64,000 bases of DNA. Origin: an uncultured bacterium. GTDB taxonomy: Bacteria > Bacillota > Clostridia > Lachnospirales > Lachnospiraceae. Below the pieces are notes generated by a model that made no database searches, was not told the origin of the DNA, and worked only from the letters and a program-made list of their open reading frames with translations. The stretch covers positions 30,782 through 94,781 of the forward strand of contig CAMEAQ010000007.1 of assembly GCA_945911275.1 (NCBI GenBank), given 5' to 3'. Shown here piece by piece: positions 1 through 8,816 of the stretch (its first letter is position 1; the number at the start of each line of letters is the position of its first letter). Position numbers and translations under genes: made by a program.

Positions 1-1
1 G

Positions 2-1123
2 GATATTCGTCCCTTGGAGGATATTCCCCGAAAAGCTCTGGGACACGATGTACCTTTTCTCACCAAATGGCTTTCTCATATGGACATGGATGACTTTTGG
101 AAACATGGTAACTGGTCCGAGCGGTATCAGGGGAAACCGGTTCCGGCATTGATCATGTCCGGTTGGTTTGATGACAATGGTATGGGAACCACGGAAGCTC
201 TGGATCTGGTGAAAACCTGGCCTGAGGGTACATGGAAGGCGGTTCTCGGACCGTGGAAACACAGCGGCAATGCAGATTATGATCTGCATGGGGTCAGCCT
301 TGGAGAGGATGCCCTTCGCTACGATATGGATATCCTCTGTATGATGTGGCTGGAACATTTCCTGAAAGGCGCAAAAAATGGAATAGAGAATACCCCGACA
401 GTGGAATATTACACAATAGGAGAAAACCAGTGGAAACAGGCGGCAACATGGCCTGTGGAAAATGTTACAAGAACTATGTTTTATCTGGATGGCGAGGGAA
501 ATAACCTGGCTGCAGGGACGGGGACAACGTGCGGAAAAGGAAATTTGTTATGTACTTTACCGGAAAATGCAGGAACAGATACCTATGAATATGATCCGGA
601 ACATCCGTCTGTTCATGTGATTGATCTTTCAGAAAATGAACTGGAAGTACCGGAAGATTATACAGAAGAAGAAAAAAGGGCGGATATTCTGTCTTACTCG
701 ACTCCTGTACTCAGGGAACCTTTCACGGTAACCGGAGATATGACAGTACGTCTGTATGTATCCTGTGATTGCCCGGATACGGATTTTATGGTGCGGATTA
801 CAGATGTGGATGAGAATGGAAAATCCATCAAGCTGGCGGACGGAGTAATAGGTGCAAAATATCGTAATGGATTTGAGACACCGGAATATATGGAGCCCGG
901 AAAAATCTATGAGATCCATATACGGACAACAAAGATGTCCAATACCTTTCTGCCGGGACACAGGATGCGTGTTACGATCACCTCCAGTGCGAAAAACTTT
1001 ATTTTCCCAAACAGCAATACAAAAGATGGATTTAACAGCGAGCATAGGCAAAAGGCAAATATCACAGTGCACAGAGGTGGGAAATATGCCTCCGGTATCC
1101 TTATCCCGGTGGAAAATAAATAA
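2..1123 (+). CDS. CocE/NonD family hydrolase (peptidase S15-like), 5'-partial
   Basis: Frame is open to the left window edge. PALIMSGWFD...GPWKH acid/His region; C-terminal jelly-roll with YEYDPEHP, LSYSTPVL, DTDFMVRITDV, GHRMRVTITSS, typical of the PepX_C/CocE C-domain. Confidence 0.85.
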   Translation, partial: DIRPLEDIPRKALGHDVPFLTKWLSHMDMDDFWKHGNWSERYQGKPVPALIMSGWFDDNGMGTTEALDLVKTWPEGTWKAVLGPWKHSGNADYDLHGVSLGEDALRYDMDILCMMWLEHFLKGAKNGIENTPTVEYYTIGENQWKQAATWPVENVTRTMFYLDGEGNNLAAGTGTTCGKGNLLCTLPENAGTDTYEYDPEHPSVHVIDLSENELEVPEDYTEEEKRADILSYSTPVLREPFTVTGDMTVRLYVSCDCPDTDFMVRITDVDENGKSIKLADGVIGAKYRNGFETPEYMEPGKIYEIHIRTTKMSNTFLPGHRMRVTITSSAKNFIFPNSNTKDGFNSEHRQKANITVHRGGKYASGILIPVENK

Positions 1124-1141
1124 AAATTTAGTGGTTCCTAC

Positions 1142-1170
1142 TTGATAAATGTTTATCAACATGATACAAT
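1142..1170 (+). promoter_or_regulatory. sigmaA promoter of mntP with overlapping palindrome
   Basis: TTGATA(1142-47)-17 nt-TACAAT(1165-70) with extended TG; inverted repeat TTGATAAA-TG-TTTATCAA covers the -35. Confidence 0.6.
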
Positions 1171-1179
1171 GGGAAAAAT

Positions 1180-1305
1180 CTCCAGGAGGGAGTAATCGGC
1201 ATATTGTGATATGTGGTATTATCGACACAATGGTGCGAGAGCACCCGGTACTACTTTAAACGATGAGACTCATGGACGGCAATTATTGCTGTCCGTGGGT
1301 CTTTT
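1180..1305 (+). ncRNA. yybP-ykoY manganese riboswitch with terminator
   Basis: GGGAGTA...ATCGACAC...GAGACTC motifs closed by TCCA/TGGA; overlapping hairpin GGACGGCAAT/ATTGCTGTCC plus T-tract; lies upstream of mntP. Confidence 0.85.
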
Positions 1306-1365
1306 ATTTTCTGCGCTACACAACCCTCCGGATCATTATAATACAAAGGCGAAAGGAAGAAAAAA

Positions 1366-1923
1366 ATGGGAATTATTGAATTGTTTGTGCTGGCTGTAGG
1401 GTTGTCGATGGACGCATTTGCAGTGTCGGTCTGTAAAGGACTTTCCTTGGGAAACATCAAACTGAAACACATGTGTATCGCAGGTGCATGGTTTGGCGGC
1501 TTTCAGGCCTTGATGCCGCTGATTGGGTATTTCCTCGGAAGGTTTTTTGCGGATATGATTGAACAGTATGATCACTGGGTAGCTTTTATATTGCTGGCAC
1601 TCATCGGTGGAAATATGGTAAAAGAAGCGTTTGGCGAAGAGGAGCATATGGACTGTTCCATGACAGCAAAATCCATGTTTATACTTGCTGTGGCAACAAG
1701 TATTGATGCACTGGCAGTCGGTGTAACATTCGCTTTCCTGAGAGTGGCGATCGTTCCTGCAGTTACTTTCATCGGAGTAATCACCTTTGTCTGTTCTGCT
1801 ATCGGAGTGAAAATTGGAAGTATCTTCGGAGCAAAATACAAATCAAAAGCTGAACTGTGCGGCGGAATCATCTTAATACTGATTGGGGTGAAAATACTGC
1901 TGGAAGGACTGGGAATCCTCTAA
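1366..1923 (+). CDS. mntP: manganese efflux pump MntP
   Basis: [12 protein letters not shown] and [13 protein letters not shown] repeats, 6 hydrophobic segments, Mn riboswitch upstream. Confidence 0.93.
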   Translation: MGIIELFVLAVGLSMDAFAVSVCKGLSLGNIKLKHMCIAGAWFGGFQALMPLIGYFLGRFFADMIEQYDHWVAFILLALIGGNMVKEAFGEEEHMDCSMTAKSMFILAVATSIDALAVGVTFAFLRVAIVPAVTFIGVITFVCSAIGVKIGSIFGAKYKSKAELCGGIILILIGVKILLEGLGIL

Positions 1924-2055
1924 AAAGTATACTTTCTGCACGTTTTCTCACGATATAAAACGATACTGGCAGATATATATTGAATTTCAATATCACCGTG
2001 ATTCATTTGGTGATATTTTGCTAAAGCATTCCCCCCATATCAGTAGGTGAGGCTG

Positions 2056-2136
2056 TTTTAGATTCGTATACCCACTAAAGTAAAAGGGCTGATGATATTA
2101 TTAGCCTTATTACTTTAGTGGGTATACGAACTAAAA
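2056..2136. repeat. long palindrome, GGCTGAT...AGCC hairpin family copy 1 (probable bidirectional terminator / REP-like)
   Basis: Arms TTTTAGATTCGTATACCCACTAAAGTAA / TTACTTTAGTGGGTATACGAACTAAAA; 31-nt core matches 9818-9848 at 29/31. Confidence 0.8.
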
Positions 2137-2147
2137 TGTATAATTTT

Positions 2148-3530
2148 TCATTTTAAGGTACATTCATATTCTTTCAGTGCATCCAACGCTTTCTGTGACA
2201 GCGGAAACAGTGCGATCATATTGAAGATGGTCATAAGTCCAATCCCCACGTCTCCCAGATCCCATACAAAAGTATATGCGGCAAGTCCGCCGATAAACAG
2301 CATAATCAGAGCCAAAACCTTATAAAGAGTCTGGGAAAGCCAATTATCTCCGAAAATATAGGCAACATTTGGTCGGGCATAGAATAGAATCCCAATAAAT
2401 GTGGAAAAGCTGAACAACCAGAGAACGACGGCGATAAAAATCACTCCGAATTTACCTAGATGGTAATTCATGGCAGTCTGGAGCAGATCCATGCCGGTGA
2501 GACCGTCGGTGAGTCCTTCCGGTGTGAGCAGCATAATCATGGCGGAACAGCTGCAGATCACGATGGTATCAATAAATACACCAAAAGCCTGTAAAAGTCC
2601 CTCTTTTGCAGGATGGTTGATATCGGCTGCGGCTGCCGCACAGGGGGCGGAACCGGAACCGGCTTCGTTGGAAAAGAGCCCTCGTTTGGCACCGTTCATA
2701 ATGACCGCACCAAATCCTCCGGCTGCCACCTGACGAAAACCAAATGCTTCTGAAAAAATTCTCTGAAAAACAGAGGGAAGCTGCCCTGCATTTTTTATAA
2801 TGATAAACAGGGTAATGATAAAATATAATCCTGCCATAACCGGCACGATTACGTCCAGAACTTTAACGGTAGCATTTTTTCTAAGGACGATAATAGCTGC
2901 AACAAATACAAGCACGACCGTAGTATAGATTGGTGGAATCTTAAAAGCATTTTCAAAGGCAGAAGAAACAGAATTTCCAATCACCTGACTGATTCCACAC
3001 CAGCAGATCAGTCCGGACACGGCAAATAATACTGCCATGATGGAATGTTTGCGTGCGCTGCCTTTTCTGAGAAAGCAGTGATGAATATAGTAGGCAGGTC
3101 CGCCACGATATCCGCCATAGAGCGGATCTTTTTCTTTGTAAATCTGTGCCAGTGTTGCTTCTATAAATGCTGTGGAAGAACCAAGCAGGGCAGTGATCCA
3201 CATCCAGAAAACGGCTCCGGCACCCCCGAGAGAGATGGCTGCCACCACGCCCACAAGATTCCCCATTCCCACACGGGTTGCCGTGGATATGATCAGAGCC
3301 TGCAGTCCGGAGATGGAATTGTTGGTGGTGGAAGTTTTTTTCTCCACTGTGATTTTCAGCATTTCCGGAAAAAGGCGAAACGGCAGAAATCTGGTGCGGA
3401 TCATAAAATAAATTCCCGATGGGATCAAAATCAGTACCAGAAGAGAAAGTCCGATGGAACCACCTGTGGGAAGCGGAATCGTAACCAGATCGCCCCATAA
3501 TAAATTGTAAATAAATCGAAAAACTGTCAT
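2148..3530 (-). CDS. alanine/glycine:cation symporter (AGCS family)
   Basis: RVGMGNLVGV, GAGAVFWMW, YRGGPAYYI, RGLFSNEAGSGSAP motifs; about 11 TM segments. Confidence 0.93.
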   Translation of the reverse strand: MTVFRFIYNLLWGDLVTIPLPTGGSIGLSLLVLILIPSGIYFMIRTRFLPFRLFPEMLKITVEKKTSTTNNSISGLQALIISTATRVGMGNLVGVVAAISLGGAGAVFWMWITALLGSSTAFIEATLAQIYKEKDPLYGGYRGGPAYYIHHCFLRKGSARKHSIMAVLFAVSGLICWCGISQVIGNSVSSAFENAFKIPPIYTTVVLVFVAAIIVLRKNATVKVLDVIVPVMAGLYFIITLFIIIKNAGQLPSVFQRIFSEAFGFRQVAAGGFGAVIMNGAKRGLFSNEAGSGSAPCAAAAADINHPAKEGLLQAFGVFIDTIVICSCSAMIMLLTPEGLTDGLTGMDLLQTAMNYHLGKFGVIFIAVVLWLFSFSTFIGILFYARPNVAYIFGDNWLSQTLYKVLALIMLFIGGLAAYTFVWDLGDVGIGLMTIFNMIALFPLSQKALDALKEYECTLK

Positions 3531-3655
3531 AGTAAAACCCCTTTTTCATCAAGTAGTATGTTGTATTTCCCATTTAATTAGTATATAGTAAAAATAAGTA
3601 TCCGTAAAATTGATAATCATAATATATAGAATCGAAAAAATAGATGGAGGGAATC

Positions 3656-4546
3656 GTGGATATAAAGAATCTGGTAACATTTATCCATGTGGCAGAGCTG
3701 AACAGTTTTACCAAAGCTGCTGAAAAACTTGGATATTCCCAGTCGACGGTTTCTTTTCAGATCCGACAGCTGGAAAAGGAACTGAATACACAACTGTTTG
3801 AAAGAATCAATCATACAATCGCATTGACAGAAACAGGAGTGCAAGTGTTGAACTATGCCCATCAGATCAGTAAACTGACGCAGGAACTGGAAAAAAACAT
3901 GAAGAAGGAAGAAGAAGTCAGCGGTCATGTCCGTCTGGCCATGGCAGATTCTCTTTGCTATTCTTTGTTGGGAGAAAAGTTTCCGGACTTTCGGGAACAA
4001 TATCCGGGGATTATGTTGAAGATCATTACGGCGGGAACGGAAGAGATGTTCCGGCTGATCAATCATAATGAGGTGGATGTGATACTGACGCTGGATAATC
4101 ATATTTATAATACGGAATATGTTATTGTGAAAGAAGAAAAGGCGGCGATGCATTTTGTGGCGGACAGAAATTGTCCGCTGGGTCAAAAAGAATCCATTTT
4201 GGTTCAGGAACTGGTACAGATGCCATTTATTCTCACGGAAAAAGGAATGAGTTACCGCAGGCTGATGGACGAAAAGCTGGCGGAAATGCCCATGGAAATT
4301 CTACCGGTTCTGGAGATTGGCAGTACCAGCCTGATCTGTTCGCTTGTGGAACAGGGAGCGGGTATTTCTTTTCTTCCGGATTATGTGACGGAAAAAGAAG
4401 TGGCAGCAGGAAAAATGATTCGTCTTCAGGTGTCTGATTTTGAAATTGATGTATGGAAACAGCTTCTTTATCATCGGGATAAATGGATTTCTCCTCAGAT
4501 AGAATCAGTGCTCCGATATTGTGTCAACAGAGAGTTTTCATCATAA
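3656..4546 (+). CDS. LysR family transcriptional regulator
   Basis: N-terminal SFTKAAEKLGYSQSTVSFQIRQLEKEL HTH. GTG start at 3656 chosen for its GGAGG RBS. Divergent from the AGCS gene. Confidence 0.93.
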   Translation: MDIKNLVTFIHVAELNSFTKAAEKLGYSQSTVSFQIRQLEKELNTQLFERINHTIALTETGVQVLNYAHQISKLTQELEKNMKKEEEVSGHVRLAMADSLCYSLLGEKFPDFREQYPGIMLKIITAGTEEMFRLINHNEVDVILTLDNHIYNTEYVIVKEEKAAMHFVADRNCPLGQKESILVQELVQMPFILTEKGMSYRRLMDEKLAEMPMEILPVLEIGSTSLICSLVEQGAGISFLPDYVTEKEVAAGKMIRLQVSDFEIDVWKQLLYHRDKWISPQIESVLRYCVNREFSS

Positions 4547-4566
4547 GGAAGATAAGAAAGAGGTGA

Positions 4567-5247
4567 TTGGATATGCGTATTCTGGTGGCGGAGGATCAAA
4601 AGGATCTGAATGATATTATTGTGAAAGAACTGAGACAGAATCATTATACCGTGGATTCCTGTTACGATGGGGAAGCGGCACTGGACTATATCCGATGTGC
4701 GGAGTATGATGCTGTGATCCTGGATATTATGATGCCGCGAAAAACAGGAATCGAGGTGGTAAAACAGCTTCGAAGAGATAAAAACCATGTACCGGTTTTA
4801 TTGTTGACTGCTCTTGACAGTATAGAAGACAGAGTGACGGGGCTTGATGCGGGGGCTGATGATTATCTGATCAAACCATTTGCCCTGGATGAACTGACAG
4901 CTCGCATCCGGGTAATGCTTCGCAGAGCCTCCGGACATGTAAGCAACTGCTTTACAGTAGCAAATCTGAAAGTGGATTGTGATAAGAGGACGGTTTTCAG
5001 AGACGAAACGGAAATCGTATTATCTTCCAAAGAGTTTGCTGTGCTGGAGTATATGATACGGAATCAGGGTATTGTACTGACAGGAGAAAAAATAGAACAG
5101 CATATATGGAATTATGATTATGAAGGTGGCTCTAATGTGGTAAGTGTCTATATCCGTTATCTTCGAAAAAAAATAGATGACAACTTTGAACCGAAGCTGA
5201 TCCACACGATCCGGGGAACCGGATATGTATTGAGGGAAAATGTATGA
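4567..5247 (+). CDS. OmpR/PhoB family response regulator
   Basis: ILVAED...LDIMMP...GADDYLIKPF receiver; IHTIRGTGY winged helix. Confidence 0.95.
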   Translation: MDMRILVAEDQKDLNDIIVKELRQNHYTVDSCYDGEAALDYIRCAEYDAVILDIMMPRKTGIEVVKQLRRDKNHVPVLLLTALDSIEDRVTGLDAGADDYLIKPFALDELTARIRVMLRRASGHVSNCFTVANLKVDCDKRTVFRDETEIVLSSKEFAVLEYMIRNQGIVLTGEKIEQHIWNYDYEGGSNVVSVYIRYLRKKIDDNFEPKLIHTIRGTGYVLRENV

Positions 5248-6602
5248 GACGCTTATCGATAAAAGGGAAAATCACACTCTGGTATACATTGTTCATGATT
5301 GCACTTACGATTATTGTTTTGGTGTTTCTGGGGTTTCTGGGAGACTGGCAGATTATGGAATCCGTCAGAAACCGGCTGGAAAATGCACTAAATGAGAATA
5401 TGGAAGAAATAGAATATGATGAACGGGATGGAATAGAAATCGATGATGACCTGCAGCTTTTTCAGGACGGAGTTTACCTGATTCTTTATGATGAGCAGGG
5501 GAATCCTATACAGGGCCGGCTTCCCTATGGACTGGAAGTATCACAGACACCTGCATTTAATAACGGGGAGATACAAAAAACAGAAATCCAGTCGGTTCGT
5601 TGGGTGTTTCTGGATCTATATAAACCGCTGAACAAAGATAAGGGGGTATGGATGAGAGGAATTATTTCTCAGAGTGAGGCGGAGTATGGGCTGAATATCA
5701 TTTTCCGTCTGTTTCTGTTTTTACTCCCTGCTTTTGTCATATTATTTGCTGTCGGTGGGTATTATATTATCTGCAGAGCTTTTGCTCCGATAGAAAAAAT
5801 GCGGAAAACAGCGGAAGAGATTACGGGCGGTGATGATCTGTCCCGGCGTATCCGGCTGGAGGACGGAAAGGATGAAATACACCAGCTGGCAGATACTTTT
5901 GATCGGATGATGGATCGGATTCAGGATGTTTATGAGCGTGAGAAGCAGTTCACATCTGATGTTTCCCATGAGCTTCGGACACCGTCATCCGTGATCGTCA
6001 CACAGGTGGAGTATGCTTTGCGTTATGACAACCCTTCCGGAGAATTGAAAGAAAGGCTGCAGGTGATTTTGTCTCAGTCGCAAAAAATGTCAGGGATGAT
6101 CTCCCAGCTCCTGATGTTGGCACGAGCGGATCAGGGGCGGATCAAATTGCAGAAGGAAAAAATCAATCTGAGTGAACTTCTGGAAATTATTGCGGAAGAG
6201 GAACAGGAGAGAGCGATAAAAAGACAGATTCAGGTACACACGGATTGTCAGCCGGAAATCTGTATGATGGGCGATGAAACCATGCTGATGAGGTGTTTTA
6301 TCAATCTGATCGAAAATGCAATTGTATATGGGAAGGACGGAGGGAATATCTGGATCGGCCTGACAAAAGAGGAAAACGGTATTTCAGGATATGTTCGAGA
6401 TGACGGAATCGGGATCAGTAAAGAGAATCTTCCGAGAATCTGGGAACGTTTCTATCAGGTAGATACGTCCCGATCTTCCTCTGCAGAAGGAAATTCCGGT
6501 TTGGGGCTTCCTATGGTAAAATGGATCGTAGAAGCTCATGGCGGAGAAATTACAGTGGAAAGCTGCCTTGACAAAGGGACGATTTTTTCTTTTCATTTTT
6601 AA
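5244..6602 (+). CDS. sensor histidine kinase (HAMP-HisKA-HATPase)
   Basis: Two TM segments, DEIHQLADTFDRM HAMP, SHELRTP H-box, DDGIGI and GLGLPMVKWIV boxes. Confidence 0.95.
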   Translation: MRRLSIKGKITLWYTLFMIALTIIVLVFLGFLGDWQIMESVRNRLENALNENMEEIEYDERDGIEIDDDLQLFQDGVYLILYDEQGNPIQGRLPYGLEVSQTPAFNNGEIQKTEIQSVRWVFLDLYKPLNKDKGVWMRGIISQSEAEYGLNIIFRLFLFLLPAFVILFAVGGYYIICRAFAPIEKMRKTAEEITGGDDLSRRIRLEDGKDEIHQLADTFDRMMDRIQDVYEREKQFTSDVSHELRTPSSVIVTQVEYALRYDNPSGELKERLQVILSQSQKMSGMISQLLMLARADQGRIKLQKEKINLSELLEIIAEEEQERAIKRQIQVHTDCQPEICMMGDETMLMRCFINLIENAIVYGKDGGNIWIGLTKEENGISGYVRDDGIGISKENLPRIWERFYQVDTSRSSSAEGNSGLGLPMVKWIVEAHGGEITVESCLDKGTIFSFHF

Positions 6603-6617
6603 TCTTATTTTAATCTT
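6597..6617 (+). promoter_or_regulatory. tandem direct repeat, putative OmpR-family binding site
   Basis: TTTTAATCTT-A-TTTTAATCTT (11-bp period) just upstream of the PepSY gene. Confidence 0.6.
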
Positions 6618-6670
6618 CATTATGTAAAATAAGACCATGAAATGAAGAATGATTACAGGAGGTAGAGAAG

Positions 6671-7354
6671 ATGAAATATACAATTACACGGATTTTAAGT
6701 ATTATGGTAATTACTCTGATACTTGTGGGATGCGGAACCAGAACAGACACGGATTCTCCGAATGGGGTATCGGAAGTTCGTCCCCAGGAAACCGTGATTC
6801 CGGAAGAGAATACAGGAACAGCGGATACAGAGAAAACCGTTGATACCGGAGATACAGCGAATACGGCAGATAAAGCAGAGATGGCTGAGACGAAAAATTC
6901 AGAAGCGCAGCAGGGAACCGTGATATCGGAAGAAGAGGCGAAGGCAATCGCGCTGAAAGATGCCGGATTAACAGAAGAAGAAGTGAGCAGTATTCGTGTG
7001 AAGATGGAAACCGATGACGGAGTACAGGAATACGAAGTGGATTTTTATGCAGGGGATAAGGAATACGATTATGATATCGACGCACAGACAGGCGAAATCC
7101 GCAGTAAGGATATGGATATTGACGATGACTTCAATAAAACAAAATCCGTAAAAACAGCAGTTACCGAGGAGGAAGTGAAAAAGATCATACTGGAAAAAGT
7201 ACCGCAGGCAGCAGAAAAAGATATCAGGATGCATTTGGATTATGATGACGGAAGAACGATTTATGAAGGTTCTGTAGTCAGCAACGGAGTGGAATATGAT
7301 TTTGAGATTGATGCTGACAGCGGCAGGATCCTGGAATGGGAAGAAGAACATTGA
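6671..7354 (+). CDS. PepSY domain lipoprotein (2 PepSY repeats)
   Basis: LILVGC lipobox; two ISEEEAK...YEVDF...YDIDAQTGEI-type repeats. Confidence 0.9.
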   Translation: MKYTITRILSIMVITLILVGCGTRTDTDSPNGVSEVRPQETVIPEENTGTADTEKTVDTGDTANTADKAEMAETKNSEAQQGTVISEEEAKAIALKDAGLTEEEVSSIRVKMETDDGVQEYEVDFYAGDKEYDYDIDAQTGEIRSKDMDIDDDFNKTKSVKTAVTEEEVKKIILEKVPQAAEKDIRMHLDYDDGRTIYEGSVVSNGVEYDFEIDADSGRILEWEEEH

Positions 7355-7356
7355 TT

Positions 7357-7384
7357 AAGAGAGCCATTTGAGCTCTCTTTTTTT
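7357..7384 (+). terminator. intrinsic terminator of RR-HK-PepSY unit
   Basis: AAGAGAGC/GCTCTCTT stem followed by a T run. Confidence 0.8.
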
Positions 7385-7556
7385 ATATCATAGGAAAGTG
7401 CTTCGCATTTTCCTATGATATAAAAACCCTCCGGGGGGATGCACACGATGCGCATAGGAAAGCTGCTAAAGCAGCTACGCATCGGCGCTCAAAGTGTGCA
7501 AGCCCCCCATGAGTGAGGGGTATGGGGAGTTGAAGTGGGTTTGCCCACTTTGTTCT
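7380..7556 (+). repeat. 177-bp structured interspersed repeat (MITE/REP-like), copy 1
   Basis: 176/177 identical to the reverse complement of 45776-45952; several internal hairpins. Confidence 0.92.
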
Positions 7557-7660
7557 TACAGGAGAGGAGATTGTCTTCTTGCTTCACATGGGGAATGATG
7601 ATAGAATGAACAAGGAAAATGGATCAAATAACAGAAAAGCATTTATAAGGATTGTAACGG

Positions 7661-8785
7661 GTGGCATCTGTGAAAGCAAATAGTAAAGATACAAAACGAA
7701 TGAATAAGATCAGGATTATAAAGTTTATATCCAAAAAAGGTATTACCTCAAAAGCGGAGATTTCATCTGAGTTACAGATCAGTATGCCGACAGTTCTTCA
7801 AAATGTAAAGGAACTGGTGGAGGAAGGTCTGGTGACAGAGAGTGGTGAATATGCATCTACAGGAGGACGAAAAGCGAAAGCACTTTCAATCGCGGAAGGA
7901 ATCGGCTATACAGTTGGAATGGATATTACTGCAAATCATATTACTTTTGCGCTTGTGGATATGAGACGGGAACTTGTGGAAAAGTTACGGGTAAGGATTG
8001 CCTTTGAGAACATATATTCTTATTATGAAAAAATGGTGGAAAATCTGCTGACATTTATTGAGCGAACCGGAGTGGACAGAAGAAAGATTACAGGTGTGGG
8101 GATTTCTCTGCCCGGAATTGTCAATCAAGAAGAAAAGCTTCTGCTGCGTTCTCATGCGTTGAATGTGGAAAATGTCAGTTTTAAAATGGTTGAAAATATG
8201 GTCGGTTTTCCCTGTGAACTGGAGAATGACGCAAACAGTGCGGCGTATGCAGAACTGCTTGGGAACGGCAGCGATGCGGTGTATCTGTCACTCAGTAATA
8301 CAGTAGGAGGCGCAATCTGTCTTCATAATAAACTGTATCGTGGTGAAACATTCAAAAGTGGTGAGTTCGGTCATATGGTGATCGAGAAAAACGGAAGAAG
8401 ATGCTATTGCGGTAAAAACGGATGTGTGGATGCTTATTGTTCTGCAAAGGTTTTGCAGAGCAGGACGGATGACAACCTGGAAACGTTTTTTACGAAGATA
8501 CGGGAAAAAGACCCGGAATGTATGGAAGTTTGGGAAGAATATCTGGATGATCTGGCAGTGACGGTTACAAATCTGCGGATGGCTTTTGACTGTGATATCG
8601 TACTGGGAGGTTACGTAGGCGGTTATCTGGAAGAGTTTCTCCCGGAACTGAGCAGAAAAATCATGAAGTATAATAACTTTGATCTGGATACTTCTTATTT
8701 GCGGACAGGTCGATATAAGCTGGAAGCTTCTGCATATGGTGTCACTTTAAAATTTGTTGAGAAATACTTTGATTCGCTGAGATAG
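7661..8785 (+). CDS. ROK family transcriptional regulator
   Basis: N-terminal HTH (SKAEISSELQISMPTV); ENDANSAA and GEFGHM...CYCGKNGC zinc motif. Confidence 0.93.
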   Translation: MASVKANSKDTKRMNKIRIIKFISKKGITSKAEISSELQISMPTVLQNVKELVEEGLVTESGEYASTGGRKAKALSIAEGIGYTVGMDITANHITFALVDMRRELVEKLRVRIAFENIYSYYEKMVENLLTFIERTGVDRRKITGVGISLPGIVNQEEKLLLRSHALNVENVSFKMVENMVGFPCELENDANSAAYAELLGNGSDAVYLSLSNTVGGAICLHNKLYRGETFKSGEFGHMVIEKNGRRCYCGKNGCVDAYCSAKVLQSRTDDNLETFFTKIREKDPECMEVWEEYLDDLAVTVTNLRMAFDCDIVLGGYVGGYLEEFLPELSRKIMKYNNFDLDTSYLRTGRYKLEASAYGVTLKFVEKYFDSLR

Positions 8786-8816
8786 GCAGATTGTAGATGT
8801 AAGAGGAAAGAGTGCG

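Noticed and set aside
1989-2017. Hairpin AATATCACC/GGTGATATT after mntP
   Set aside because: Single short stem; could be a terminator or operator but nothing distinguishes it.
7380-7556. Repeat as a CRISPR array or tRNA
   Set aside because: Copies are dispersed, there are no spacers, no cas genes and no cloverleaf.
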